Shown piece after piece: positions 44,579-54,443 of a DNA stretch of 64,000 nucleotides. The stretch covers positions 6,289-70,288 of the forward strand of contig JAFWZX010000020.1 in assembly GCA_017517275.1 (NCBI GenBank), in the 5' to 3' direction. Source of the stretch: Clostridia bacterium (GTDB lineage Bacteria; Bacillota; Clostridia; UBA1212; UBA1255). The translations under genes were made by a program, and so were the position numbers. A model generated the notes under the pieces. That model searched no databases. It saw only the letters and a program-made list of their open reading frames with translations, and was not told the origin of the DNA. How positions within the stretch are numbered: position 1 is the first letter of the stretch; each line of letters begins with the position of its first letter.

Positions 44579-45047
44579 ATTGCCTCCGATATATAGCGGT
44601 AATGGCATTGCCATTTTAAAAGAGTATAGCACCAAAAAATAAAGTCTGCAACTAAAGAGAGGTAGTCGTGGAAAGGATTACAAATGGATATAAGTCATTA
44701 TACTTCCATGGATTATATTCGGCAATTCGCCTAAAAATACTACAAAAATTTTTTGGACATCGACGTTGTCAAAAACAGAAGTTCTAATTCTGACGTATTA
44801 TAATTGATGTAGCGTGGAATATTATGAAAAAAGAAGTATGAATAAAAATATGAAATACTTGGACTTTCAGGAGGAAATAAGCCTAATATAGATGTATTGT
44901 ATTATAACCGAAACTAAAAAAATTTAAAAAAAATGGATAAAAATGAGATAAAACAGTTGATTTCTAATATTTTATCCTTTATAATTAAGCAAGAGACATG
45001 TGTTGACGTACACATGACATGTAGAAAAACAATTCATATGGTTCGAA

Positions 45048-45428
45048 TTGAAAAAAATGGTAAAAAGAAAGTGTGTGATTAGTGTGAGTTACGAAAATAC
45101 TATTGGTGAAAATTTGAGATTTGGTATAACAGAAATGCTTATTCTTAGATTGTTATCTGAAGAGGACAAGTACGTTTACCAGATTGCGCAGGAGTTAGAT
45201 GCTCGTACAAATGGTTCATTCAGCTTTAAAGCAGTTGCTTTGTATTTGCCTTTGTATCGTTTGGTTGAGCGTGGACTCGTTGATGAGCGTCGTGAGATTG
45301 TTGTTGGTAAGAGATTCCGTAGATATTACCATCTTAACGAATCCGGTGCAACATATTTTGAGGCAGTCAAGAAAGAATATCGTATTATGGCCGATGGCGT
45401 TGATGCGATTATGGCATGGGAAGAATAA
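45048..45428 (+). CDS. PadR-family transcriptional regulator
   Basis: LILRLLSEEDKYVYQIAQEL...LYLPLYRLVERGLV....VVGKRFRRYYHLNESG is the PadR winged-helix pattern. The start codon is uncertain (TTG 45048, ATG 45057 or GTG 45084) and none has a strong RBS. Confidence 0.8.
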   Translation: MKKMVKRKCVISVSYENTIGENLRFGITEMLILRLLSEEDKYVYQIAQELDARTNGSFSFKAVALYLPLYRLVERGLVDERREIVVGKRFRRYYHLNESGATYFEAVKKEYRIMADGVDAIMAWEE

Positions 45429-45464
45429 AAGTTCTGACTAAATTATTTTATTGACTTATGATGG

Positions 45465-45499
45465 AAACAACCGCATAATTATTGCGGTTGTTTTTTTTT
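45465..45499 (+). terminator. Rho-independent terminator after the PadR gene
   Basis: AACAACCGCA (45466-45475) pairs with TGCGGTTGTT (45483-45492) and runs into an 8-9 T tract. Confidence 0.75.
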
Positions 45500-45527
45500 A
45501 AGGACACGGAAAGGATGTATACTATTT

Positions 45528-47396
45528 ATGAGCGAACAAAGAGACTTTTTGCCTATATCGCGAGATGATATGGATAAAAGAGGCTGGGAACAGTGCGATT
45601 TTGTACTGGTGACAGCAGATGCATATGTAGACCATCCTTCTTTTGCCGCCGCTATAATAAGCAGAGTCCTGGAGAAGAATGGATATAAAATAGGTATTAT
45701 TGCTCAGCCTGACTACAACGATCCCGAGTCTGTTACTGTACTTGGCAGACCCAGATTGGGATTCCTTGTAAGCGGCGGCAATATGGATACTATGGTAAGT
45801 CATTATACAGTAGCGAAAAATAAACGCACGTATGATTATTATTCACCCGGAGGTGTAATGGGGAAGCGTCCTGACAGAGCGACTATCGTTTATACGAAAA
45901 TGATAAGGCGAAAATTCGGGAATATTCCTGTTATAATAGGGGGAATAGAAGCCTCTTTACGAAGAATGGCTCATTACGATTACTGGAGTGACCGTGTTAT
46001 GAAATCAATCTTAATTGATTCAAATGCAGATTTGATTTCTTACGGTATGGGTGAAAAATCAATAGTAGAGATTGCAGATAGCTTGCAAAGCGGACTTGAT
46101 ATAAAAGATATAACGTTTATTGCAGGAACAGTGTATAAAACTAAGAATATAGATAACGTAGTAGATTACATTATGTTGCCTTCTTATGAAGAGCTTTTAA
46201 ATGATAAAAAACAATTTGCTCAAAGCTTTTACATACAATACTGTAATACAAGCCCGCAAAATTCAAAACGGCTGATAGAACCGTATGCTAACACGTATAT
46301 AGTTCAAAATCCTCCTCAAATGCCACTTACTACAAGGGAAATGGACAGTGTTTATGCTCTTAAATACGTAGGGGATTATCATCCGGTATATGAGGCGCAA
46401 GGCGGTATTCCTGCGATTAAAGAAGTAAAATTCAGTGTTGTATCTGCTCGCGGATGCTTTGGCGGATGCAGCTTTTGCGCGCTAACTTTTCACCAGGGAA
46501 GAACGATACAATCAAGAAGTCACGAATCAATACTCGCAGAAGTAACTAAACTAACATGGGATAAAGATTTCAAAGGATACATAAATGACGTAAGCGCGCC
46601 TACTGCTAATTTCAGGAAGCCATCCTGTGCAAAGCAAGCAGAGCACGGTGTGTGTAAAAATAAGCAATGCCTTTTCCCAAAGCCTTGTCCGAATATGGTT
46701 GTAGACCACACGGATTTTATTGAACTTCTTCGTAAGATGAGACAGGTACCCGGCGTAAAGAAAGTTTTCATTAGATCGGGAATCAGATTTGACTATTTAC
46801 TGGAAGATAAAAAATGCGACAGTTTGATAAAAGAGCTGTGCGAACATCATATAAGCGGGCAACTCAAAGTAGCCCCTGAGCACGTAAGCGATAACGTTCT
46901 TAAATACATGGGTAAACCTAAGGTAAGGGTATATAATGAATTTATAGAGAAATATAAGAAAGCAAATCAACAATTAGGCAAATCTCAATTTGTAGTGCCG
47001 TATCTCATGTCATCTCACCCAGGATCAACCTTGAAAGATGCTATTGCGTTGGCAGAATATTTACGTGACATCAAATACTCTCCGGAGCAGGTGCAGGATT
47101 TTTACCCAACTCCTTCTACGATATCTACGTGCATGTATTACACAGGCCTTGATCCGAGAACTATGGAGAAAGTGTACGTAGCAAAGAGCCCTGAGGAGAA
47201 GGCTATGCAAAGAGCCTTGATACAATTCCGCAATCCTAAAAATTACTGGCTGGTTCACAAAGCATTGTGCAAAGCCGGTAGAGAAGATTTGATTGGTAAC
47301 GGGCCGAAATGCCTGATAAGGGATAAAACGAATAACGTCAGATTCTCTTCTCGGCCTTCTGGTGCAGGCGGTAGAGGACGTTCAAAGCTTCGATAG
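45528..47396 (+). CDS. YgiQ-family (UPF0313) radical SAM protein
   Basis: The N-terminus [43 protein letters not shown] is typical of the family. The radical-SAM cluster is C-F-G-G-C-S-F-C, and the C-terminal tail is basic. Confidence 0.85.
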   Translation: MSEQRDFLPISRDDMDKRGWEQCDFVLVTADAYVDHPSFAAAIISRVLEKNGYKIGIIAQPDYNDPESVTVLGRPRLGFLVSGGNMDTMVSHYTVAKNKRTYDYYSPGGVMGKRPDRATIVYTKMIRRKFGNIPVIIGGIEASLRRMAHYDYWSDRVMKSILIDSNADLISYGMGEKSIVEIADSLQSGLDIKDITFIAGTVYKTKNIDNVVDYIMLPSYEELLNDKKQFAQSFYIQYCNTSPQNSKRLIEPYANTYIVQNPPQMPLTTREMDSVYALKYVGDYHPVYEAQGGIPAIKEVKFSVVSARGCFGGCSFCALTFHQGRTIQSRSHESILAEVTKLTWDKDFKGYINDVSAPTANFRKPSCAKQAEHGVCKNKQCLFPKPCPNMVVDHTDFIELLRKMRQVPGVKKVFIRSGIRFDYLLEDKKCDSLIKELCEHHISGQLKVAPEHVSDNVLKYMGKPKVRVYNEFIEKYKKANQQLGKSQFVVPYLMSSHPGSTLKDAIALAEYLRDIKYSPEQVQDFYPTPSTISTCMYYTGLDPRTMEKVYVAKSPEEKAMQRALIQFRNPKNYWLVHKALCKAGREDLIGNGPKCLIRDKTNNVRFSSRPSGAGGRGRSKLR

Positions 47397-49968
47397 GCGT
47401 AATCTCTTGTATGTTAATATCTTTAAGCTCTGCTATGATCTCGTCTTGCATAACTGTATTTGCAGTATATGCAAGCAGGTCCATATCGGAATCAATAACG
47501 GTTTTAGCGGATTTGACGGTTTTCTTACTTGATTGAATATTTTGGTTGTCAATTTGTGAAAGAATTTCTTTTGCACGCGCCGTTACGGCTACCGGTATAC
47601 CGGCCAAAGAAGCGACGCTGATACCATAGCTGCCGTCCGCACCGCCTTTTTTTATTTTATGGAGAAAAGTAATATCTTCGCCTTTCTTTTTAACTGTGAC
47701 ACAGTAGTTTTTAACGCCTGTCAGCGTCTCTTCCAGTTCTGTTAATTCGTGGTAGTGAGTTGCAAACATTGCGCGACATTTCAATGATATGACAATATAT
47801 TCCAAAACGGCCCAAGCGATAGATAATCCGTCGAAGGTGCTGGTGCCTCGACCTATCTCGTCTAATATCATAAAGCTGTTTTCTGTTGCATTGGATAAAA
47901 TATTGGCAACCTCTGACATTTCTACCATGAAAGTACTCTGACCGGAGGCAAGGTCATCAGATGCCCCGACTCTGGTAAAAAGCTTGTCCACAATTGATAA
48001 TTCTGCTTGACTTGCCGGCACAAAGCAACCGGCTTGTGCCATTATAAGGATTAAAGCCACCTGTCTCATATACGTGGATTTACCTGCCATGTTCGGGCCT
48101 GTGATAACGAGCATCATATCTTCGTTGTCATTCAAATAAACGTCGTTTGGAACGAATTCTCCTGAAGATAAGACTTGTTCTACTACGGGATGGCGGCCGT
48201 CTTTTATTGAGATAATGCGATTCTGCGCGGCGGAAAGATAAACAATCGGACGACAATAATTATTTCTGTCTGCAACTTCTGCAAAGCTAAGCAGTGTATC
48301 TAACGTAGCTAAAGCATCTGCTGTTTGTTTGAGAGATTCTGAATAATCGGCAACGTAATTACGTACCTCAGTAAAGGCTTGATTTTCAAGTCTTATCAGC
48401 CTTTCTTCACCGCCGATAATCATATCTTCCATTTTCTTCAACTCGTCGGTGATATAACGTTCGTTGTTTACAAGCGTTTGTTTTCTGATATATGTAGGAG
48501 GAACAAGCTCTTTATAGGAATTTGTTACTTCAATGTAATAGCCAAAGACCTTGTTGTAACTGACCTTTAGATTCTTAATTCCTGTTTTTTCTCTTTCTTC
48601 AGCTTCGTAAGAAGATAAATATGATTTGCCGTTTGTAGTAACCTCGCGGTATTTATCTATTTCCTCACTATATCCGGCTTTGATGTATCCGCCGTCTTTA
48701 AGCAGCATAGGCGGGTCTTCAACAATGGCCCGTTCCAGCAATTCATACACGTGAGGAAGAGTATATATTGATTGCTCTATTTGTGAAATCAAAACGGCCT
48801 TTTCACAGTAAGGAGCCAGCGTTTCTTTGATGTGGGGTAATTTACCCAAGGAAAAACGCAGTGAAACAAGATCTCTTGGTGAGGCCGTACCCAGGAGGAC
48901 TCTGCCGATAACTCGCTCTATATCATGGATGCCGTCTAAAAATTCACGAAGCTGGCTGCGTAGCATAAAGCCATCTTTGAAAACAGCTACGCTGTCTAAT
49001 CGCTCGTTTATAGCATCTGTATCAATAAGTGGCTGGTCAATCCATCTTTTGAGACATCTGCTTCCCATGGACGTTACGGTTTTGTCGATTACCCATAGCA
49101 GACTGCCTTTTTTTTGTTTGTCTCTCATGGTCTGACTTATCTCAAGATTACGCCTGGAGGATGCGTCGATTGACATATATTCGTCAAATTTATAATACGA
49201 AACTTTTATGTTATTGCTAAGAGACGTCTTTTGCGTATCTTCCATATAACGCATCAAAGCACCTACGGCCCTGATTCTAAGCTCGTCTTGCTTTGCTGTT
49301 TTGTCGCCTAAATATCTGATTGCCTCATCATAATCAAAGAAATCCTCACTAAGAGTGCCGATATAAGGCCTGCTTATTGTTTCTGTGAAGCTTCTTATTG
49401 CCTGCAACGAGGTCGCACCGTCGTTAATTATGATCTCAGACGGAGCTATCCTGGCAATCTCATCGGCAAGGTGGTTATACGTTCTGCCGTATGTAAGTGA
49501 AGTGGCATATAATTGGCCTGTTGAAATATCAGCAAAGGCCAGGCCATACATAGAACGGAATTCATAAATAGACATAATGTAATTATTCCCACGGTGCTCC
49601 AGCATTTTATCTTCAATAACCGTGCCGGGAGTATAGATACGTACAATGTCTCTTTTTACAATACCTTTGCAGGTGGCAGGATCTTCAAGCTGTTCGCCTA
49701 TTGCTACCTTATAACCTCTGCTTATGAGCTTGCTGATATATGATAGGGCGGCATGATAAGGGATTCCGCACATTGGCGCTCTGTCCTCAAGACCGCAATC
49801 CTTGCCCGTGAGTACAAGCTCTAACTCACGTGATGCTGTGACAGCATCTTCAAAAAACATTTCATAAAAATCTCCCAATCTGAAGAACAAAATACAGTCC
49901 GGACATTTCTTCTTAACATCCAGATATTGCTTCATCATAGGTGTGACTTTTTGTTCTAAATCAGACAT
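47338..49968 (-). CDS. mutS: DNA mismatch repair protein MutS
   Basis: 876 aa. The N-terminus has [34 protein letters not shown], containing the mismatch-binding F-Y-E. Walker A is [14 protein letters not shown], and [12 protein letters not shown] is also present. Confidence 0.95.
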   Translation of the reverse strand: MSDLEQKVTPMMKQYLDVKKKCPDCILFFRLGDFYEMFFEDAVTASRELELVLTGKDCGLEDRAPMCGIPYHAALSYISKLISRGYKVAIGEQLEDPATCKGIVKRDIVRIYTPGTVIEDKMLEHRGNNYIMSIYEFRSMYGLAFADISTGQLYATSLTYGRTYNHLADEIARIAPSEIIINDGATSLQAIRSFTETISRPYIGTLSEDFFDYDEAIRYLGDKTAKQDELRIRAVGALMRYMEDTQKTSLSNNIKVSYYKFDEYMSIDASSRRNLEISQTMRDKQKKGSLLWVIDKTVTSMGSRCLKRWIDQPLIDTDAINERLDSVAVFKDGFMLRSQLREFLDGIHDIERVIGRVLLGTASPRDLVSLRFSLGKLPHIKETLAPYCEKAVLISQIEQSIYTLPHVYELLERAIVEDPPMLLKDGGYIKAGYSEEIDKYREVTTNGKSYLSSYEAEEREKTGIKNLKVSYNKVFGYYIEVTNSYKELVPPTYIRKQTLVNNERYITDELKKMEDMIIGGEERLIRLENQAFTEVRNYVADYSESLKQTADALATLDTLLSFAEVADRNNYCRPIVYLSAAQNRIISIKDGRHPVVEQVLSSGEFVPNDVYLNDNEDMMLVITGPNMAGKSTYMRQVALILIMAQAGCFVPASQAELSIVDKLFTRVGASDDLASGQSTFMVEMSEVANILSNATENSFMILDEIGRGTSTFDGLSIAWAVLEYIVISLKCRAMFATHYHELTELEETLTGVKNYCVTVKKKGEDITFLHKIKKGGADGSYGISVASLAGIPVAVTARAKEILSQIDNQNIQSSKKTVKSAKTVIDSDMDLLAYTANTVMQDEIIAELKDINIQEITPIEALNVLYRLHQKAEKRI

Positions 49969-50006
49969 GGGAGAAACCTTCTAACTGTTTTATTAAAATT
50001 ATATGA

Positions 50007-50384
50007 TTAGTGACAACCGCCGCAAGAAGAACAGTTACCGCTGCATGATGAACCGCCGTTTACGTATTGAGCGATAATCTCATTGATTGTTTTCATCATA
50101 GATTCGAAACCTTTCTTGCCGTCGAAAAAGTCTTTTGTAACGCTGTATTCGTTGAGCTCTGTTTGTTTTGCAAGAAGTCTGTCGCGGATAGCTTCCAGAT
50201 TTTCTTTGCTGTCGTCTTCTCTTGAAGCGCGAACCATTTCTGATTGTAGCTGACGGAAATCACTCATAAGAGTCTGAGCCTTCTCGTCTTGCATCAAAGC
50301 AAGTTCAGCATTCTTAAGTGTAATAAAAGCAGCACTGTTAACAATAGCTTCGCCTAACTGGGAAGCAGCATCTACATAATCCAT
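50007..50384 (-). CDS. YlbF/YmcA (Ric)-family protein with Cys-rich C-terminal tail
   Basis: Helical ~125-aa protein (AASQLGEAIVNSAAFITLKNAELALMQDEKAQTLMSDFRQLQ) with the family's typical pattern, ending in GGSSCSGNCSSCGGCH. It lies directly upstream of mutS, as ymcA does relative to mutS in B. subtilis. The start is ATG 50384 after GTGAGGA. Confidence 0.65.
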   Translation of the reverse strand: MDYVDAASQLGEAIVNSAAFITLKNAELALMQDEKAQTLMSDFRQLQSEMVRASREDDSKENLEAIRDRLLAKQTELNEYSVTKDFFDGKKGFESMMKTINEIIAQYVNGGSSCSGNCSSCGGCH

Positions 50385-50514
50385 AGTAAAAATCCTCACT
50401 TTGCAATAGTGTTTTGCGTTCTTGTCGAACTTACATAGTTTACCATGAGAACTTTTTTTTTACAATCTTTGTTTGTGGAAAGAATGTTGCGTTTTACCGT
50501 TTTTCTCGTTGTTA

Positions 50515-50543
50515 TTGACGGGTAAAAGGTGGTACTATATAAT
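50515..50543 (+). promoter_or_regulatory. SigA-type promoter (inside the track's over-extended ORF)
   Basis: TTGACG (50515-50520), an exact 17-nt spacer, then TATAAT (50538-50543). Confidence 0.55.
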
Positions 50544-50580
50544 TTATTCAGATTATATTTACTGTAAAGGGCGTGTTATT

Positions 50581-51543
50581 TTGAATTCCGGAAAATCACT
50601 TATTATTTTTGATACAGATATAGGCGGGGATTGTGACGACGCCGGGGCTCTTGCTTTGTGCCATGCTCTTTGTGACCTTGATGAAGCAAGTCTGCTTGCT
50701 GTTACCTGTTGTTATGCAACACCGTACGTTGCCGGTTGCGTTGATGCAATTAATAAGTATTATGGACGTTCCGTACCGGTTGGCGTTAATTATGATAGGG
50801 AGTATTTGTCAGAAATAAAATACTGTGACGGTTACTTTGGATATGATCGGCCTATTTGTGAACTTTTTCCCAATGATTATAAGGAATATTCAGGTATTCC
50901 GGATTCACTGGAAGTTTTAAGAAAAACTCTGGCGGACTCTGAGGATGACAGTGTTACGCTGGTTGCAACAGGATATTTATCATCCTTTGCAAAGCTTATT
51001 TTAAGCGATGCAGACGAATTCTCACCGCTGTCGGGCCGGGAATTGATTGCAAAGAAAGTGAAGCAGACTGTGGTGATGGGTGGACGCTTCTTTGAGGGAT
51101 GGCCGGGAGACTATTTATATGCAGGAGCTCCTGTTGTTACAGAGTACAATATAAGAAGTGATATTAAGGCGGCTCAGTGTGTTTGCGATAATTGGCCGGG
51201 AAAATTGATTTTCTCCAGCTTTGAAATAGGCACTGCTTGCATGAGTTTGAAGTATTTTCATAGATTTGCAGACAAAAATCCCGCGGCTATGTCGTATAAA
51301 TTGCATCCTTCTGCTTCTGTTTCCGGCAGAGAAAGCTGGGATCTTACTGCGATGCTGCAAGCGATAAGACCTGATAGAGGGTATTGGAAATTATCTGCTT
51401 GCGGTAAGATAAACGTTAGCGATGAGGGCGTTACGTCTTTTGAAGCAGACGAGACCGGTAAACATTATTTCCTTCTGCCTGATGCACCTGAGTCTGTGAT
51501 ACGTGATACTATGGAAAGTTTAATTTATAATTGCAGCAGATGA
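50581..51543 (+). CDS. Nucleoside hydrolase (IU-NH)-like protein
   Basis: SLIIFDTDIGGDCDDAGALAL matches the N-terminal aspartate cluster D-x-D-x-x-x-D-D of inosine/uridine-preferring nucleoside hydrolases. The start is set at TTG 50581 (9 nt after AAAGGG). The consensus promoter lies within the longer ORF, and no ATG precedes the motif. Confidence 0.6.
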   Translation: MNSGKSLIIFDTDIGGDCDDAGALALCHALCDLDEASLLAVTCCYATPYVAGCVDAINKYYGRSVPVGVNYDREYLSEIKYCDGYFGYDRPICELFPNDYKEYSGIPDSLEVLRKTLADSEDDSVTLVATGYLSSFAKLILSDADEFSPLSGRELIAKKVKQTVVMGGRFFEGWPGDYLYAGAPVVTEYNIRSDIKAAQCVCDNWPGKLIFSSFEIGTACMSLKYFHRFADKNPAAMSYKLHPSASVSGRESWDLTAMLQAIRPDRGYWKLSACGKINVSDEGVTSFEADETGKHYFLLPDAPESVIRDTMESLIYNCSR

Positions 51544-51570
51544 TACCGCAATCTTACGTTCCATCTGTCC

Positions 51571-51599
51571 TTGACAACGTAAATCTGAATAATTAAAAT
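51571..51599 (+). promoter_or_regulatory. Candidate SigA promoter for mutL-miaA-polC
   Basis: TTGACA (51571-51576), a 17-nt spacer, then TAAAAT (51594-51599). Confidence 0.45.
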
Positions 51600-51643
51600 G
51601 AATAAGTATCAGTTACGTTTCAGATGGAGAAGGTGAGAAGCAT

Positions 51644-53503
51644 ATGAGCAAGGTTATCGTTTTGGACGAATTGACTGCGTGCCAGATTGCGGCAGGCGAG
51701 GTTATAGAAAGGCCGGCATCGGTTATTAAGGAATTGGTTGAGAATTCTATTGATGCAGGCAGTAGTTCTATAAGTGTCGAGATAAAAAGAGGCGGGATTA
51801 CGTATATTCGTGTGTCTGATAACGGCAGCGGAATTGAAGCTGACGATGCTGTTATATGTTTCGATAAACATGCTACGAGTAAGATACGGTCAGGTAAAGA
51901 CTTGGAGAACGTTTGCACCTTAGGCTTCAGAGGAGAAGCTCTTGCCAGCATCGCCGCGGTAGGAGACGTTACGTTGCTGTCTAAGACGAAAGACGATGAC
52001 GATGCAACCTACGTACATATAAAGGGCGGGGACGTTGTTGAGACAGGGACAAAAGGAGGCCCTCAGGGTACTACTATAACTGTTTCCGACTTGTTTTATA
52101 ATACACCTGCAAGATTTAAGTTTTTAAAAAAAGACCAGACAGAAGCGGCTTATTGCGCTGACGTTATTGAAAAAATGGCTTTGGCTCATCCGGAAATATC
52201 TTTCAGACTTGTTTCATCCGGACAGGAGATTTTCAGAACACCCGGTGACGGTGACGTTAAGAGCGTTATTTATTGTATCTTCGGAAAAGCCGTATCGGAT
52301 AATATTCTTAAAGTTCATTATGAAATGAACGGATATTCTATAAATGGATATGCAGGTGTAAAAGATGCAGTATTTAGCAATAGATCAAAACAGATTTTCT
52401 TTGTAAACGGCAGATTTATTAAATCGAAAGTTATCACGTCTGCTGTAGATGAGGCATATAAAACGATTGTAATGAAGAATAAATTTCCGTTTGTGATAAT
52501 AAACGTAAGCGTGCCGAATATTCTTGTCGACGTAAACGTTCATCCTGCAAAGACGGAGGTTCGCTTTTCCAATGAAGGCGACGTTTTTAAAACGGTGTAC
52601 AGAGGTATTTCAAATGCAGTATATTACAAGAACGTTCAGCAGTCTATAGTGCCGCCTGTTGCTCCGGTGCCTCCCGTACCATCTGTACCGCCTGTACCGC
52701 CGATACCTCCCGCAGCGCCGGTACCTTCGGTGCCTCCTGCGAGCCACTCTGCCTACGTGCCAAAGCCGACTGCTTTTACAAAGAATGAACAAGTAACTGA
52801 AAATTGGAAAATGCTCTTCCCTGAAAAAATAACTCGGGAGTCAAACGTGGCTGAAGACGATGCAAGAATAACTTTGCCGGAACGAAGAGATATAACTACG
52901 GAACGTACAGCTCCGGAGCTGTTGATTAAAGATTATAATTATTTCACGGACGGAAGAATAATAGGACAAGTGTTCATGACGTATATTCTTTTACAGTATG
53001 AAGATAAAATGATTCTCATTGACCAGCATGCGGCTCACGAGAGAATAAAATATGAAGAACTGAAAAGTAATATCGGTAAAGATGACGTACCGGTTATTCC
53101 TATGTTGGTGCCTCAAACTATTACCTTGACCGCGGCGGATTATGCAGCGTATTGCGAGTGCCAGGACTTTTTCACAGATATGGGCTTTGAGATTGAAGAA
53201 TTCGGAAATAATACAATCATTGTAAGATCTGTGCCGATGACACTGGAAAATGCAGACTTGGAAGATGTCATATTAGAAGGCTTGACGGGTAAATCTTCAG
53301 CTCGTGATTCTGATGAAAAAATATTCAGAATGGCATGCAAAGCCGCTATAAAAGCAAATAAAAACCTTTCTATGGATGAGATAAAGTCGCTGCTGTGTCA
53401 ATTATCAAAACTTGACAGTTCTAATACTTGTCCTCACGGAAGACCGATATCAATAGAAATAACACAACACGAGTTAGAAAGAAAGTTTAAAAGATGTCTG
53501 TGA
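51644..53503 (+). CDS. mutL: DNA mismatch repair protein MutL
   Basis: The GHKL ATPase N-terminus has IAAGEVIERPASVIKELVENSIDAG and DNGSGI. The C-terminal dimerisation/endonuclease domain has DQHAAHERIKYE (the Mn/Zn endonuclease motif D-Q-H-A-x2-E-x4-E) and CPHGRP. Confidence 0.95.
   Translation: MSKVIVLDELTACQIAAGEVIERPASVIKELVENSIDAGSSSISVEIKRGGITYIRVSDNGSGIEADDAVICFDKHATSKIRSGKDLENVCTLGFRGEALASIAAVGDVTLLSKTKDDDDATYVHIKGGDVVETGTKGGPQGTTITVSDLFYNTPARFKFLKKDQTEAAYCADVIEKMALAHPEISFRLVSSGQEIFRTPGDGDVKSVIYCIFGKAVSDNILKVHYEMNGYSINGYAGVKDAVFSNRSKQIFFVNGRFIKSKVITSAVDEAYKTIVMKNKFPFVIINVSVPNILVDVNVHPAKTEVRFSNEGDVFKTVYRGISNAVYYKNVQQSIVPPVAPVPPVPSVPPVPPIPPAAPVPSVPPASHSAYVPKPTAFTKNEQVTENWKMLFPEKITRESNVAEDDARITLPERRDITTERTAPELLIKDYNYFTDGRIIGQVFMTYILLQYEDKMILIDQHAAHERIKYEELKSNIGKDDVPVIPMLVPQTITLTAADYAAYCECQDFFTDMGFEIEEFGNNTIIVRSVPMTLENADLEDVILEGLTGKSSARDSDEKIFRMACKAAIKANKNLSMDEIKSLLCQLSKLDSSNTCPHGRPISIEITQHELERKFKRCL
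52649..52744 (+). repeat. Imperfect tandem Pro-Val/Pro-Pro codon repeats encoding the MutL linker
   Basis: It translates as VPPVAPVPPVPSVPPVPPIPPAAPVPSVPPAS. The DNA shows reiterated GTnCCnCCn units. Confidence 0.6.
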
Positions 53504-54441
53504 AAGCAATCGTAATAACCGGACCTACTGCATCAGGTAAAACCGCCTGCGCCATCAAACTTGCCCACGCATTAGATGGCGAGATTATTTCATGCGATTC
53601 AATGCAGATTTATAAATATATGGACATAGGAACTGCAAAGCCGGATGAGGCTGAAAAGGAAGGTATTGTGCACCATTTAATGGATTTCCTGGAACCTTGG
53701 GAAGAATACAGCGTAGCACAATACGGACCGGATGCCACACGTGCGATTATGGAGGTGGCAAGTCGTGGTAAAATGCCTATTATATGCGGTGGCACAGGAC
53801 TTTACGTCAATTGTCTTGTTGATAACATACGATACGATATGGTGCAGACAGATGAAGAAGAAGAAAAAAGACTAACTGAGAACTATACAGAATTTGCCAA
53901 CGAAAACGGGGCACTTGCACTTCATTTACTATTAGAGCAGAAAGATCCCGTGGCGGCCGGACAGATACATTTCAACAACATTAAGAGGGTTATAAGGGCA
54001 TGCGTTCTACGCGACCTTACCGGGCTTACGTTAGAGGAGCGAAACAGCCTGTCTAAAACTACGCAGTCACCTATAGAATATACTGTTTACTGCGTAGACA
54101 GGCCAAGAGAGCTTTTGTATGACAGAATAAACCTGCGGGTTGATGTTATGATTAGAAACGGTTTGCTGCAGGAGGCAAGGAAACTTCTTGAAATATGCAA
54201 AAGCAACGGTAAAGAATTAAGTAAAACAGCAAGACAAGCAATCGGATATAAAGAAATCTATAAATATATGAACCTTGACACAGGTGAGATAAAACCTGAG
54301 GATCTTAACACCGTATCAGATGATATTAAGCAAGCTTCAAGAAGATATGCAAAGCGTCAGCTTACGTGGATGCGCAAGCCCCAATGGGTAAACATGATAT
54401 CGCCTGAAGAATTATTAGATAAGTATGGCATTGAGAGGTAA
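53494..54441 (+). CDS. miaA: tRNA dimethylallyltransferase MiaA
   Basis: VITGPTASGKT P-loop, SCDSMQIYKYMDIGTAKP, and C-terminal YAKRQLTW. It overlaps the mutL stop. Confidence 0.9.
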   Translation: MSVKAIVITGPTASGKTACAIKLAHALDGEIISCDSMQIYKYMDIGTAKPDEAEKEGIVHHLMDFLEPWEEYSVAQYGPDATRAIMEVASRGKMPIICGGTGLYVNCLVDNIRYDMVQTDEEEEKRLTENYTEFANENGALALHLLLEQKDPVAAGQIHFNNIKRVIRACVLRDLTGLTLEERNSLSKTTQSPIEYTVYCVDRPRELLYDRINLRVDVMIRNGLLQEARKLLEICKSNGKELSKTARQAIGYKEIYKYMNLDTGEIKPEDLNTVSDDIKQASRRYAKRQLTWMRKPQWVNMISPEELLDKYGIER

Positions 54442-54443
54442 AA

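Noticed and set aside
44933-45082. 49-aa ORF (MDKNEIKQLISNILSFIIKQETCVDVHMTCRK...) in the long intergenic region upstream of the PadR gene.
   Set aside because: It has no Shine-Dalgarno sequence (it is preceded by a run of A). It overlaps the palindromic operator candidate and the PadR start region, and it has no recognisable family features. I cannot exclude a small protein, but there is no positive evidence.
41777-45428. ABC ATPase + permease, SASP, dead M50 protease and PadR regulator, considered as one coordinated resistance or immunity system.
   Set aside because: The genes lie on different strands and are separated by strong terminators. The SASP gene is clearly unrelated in function. 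Only a PadR to ABC-transporter regulatory link is plausible, and it is untestable from sequence alone.
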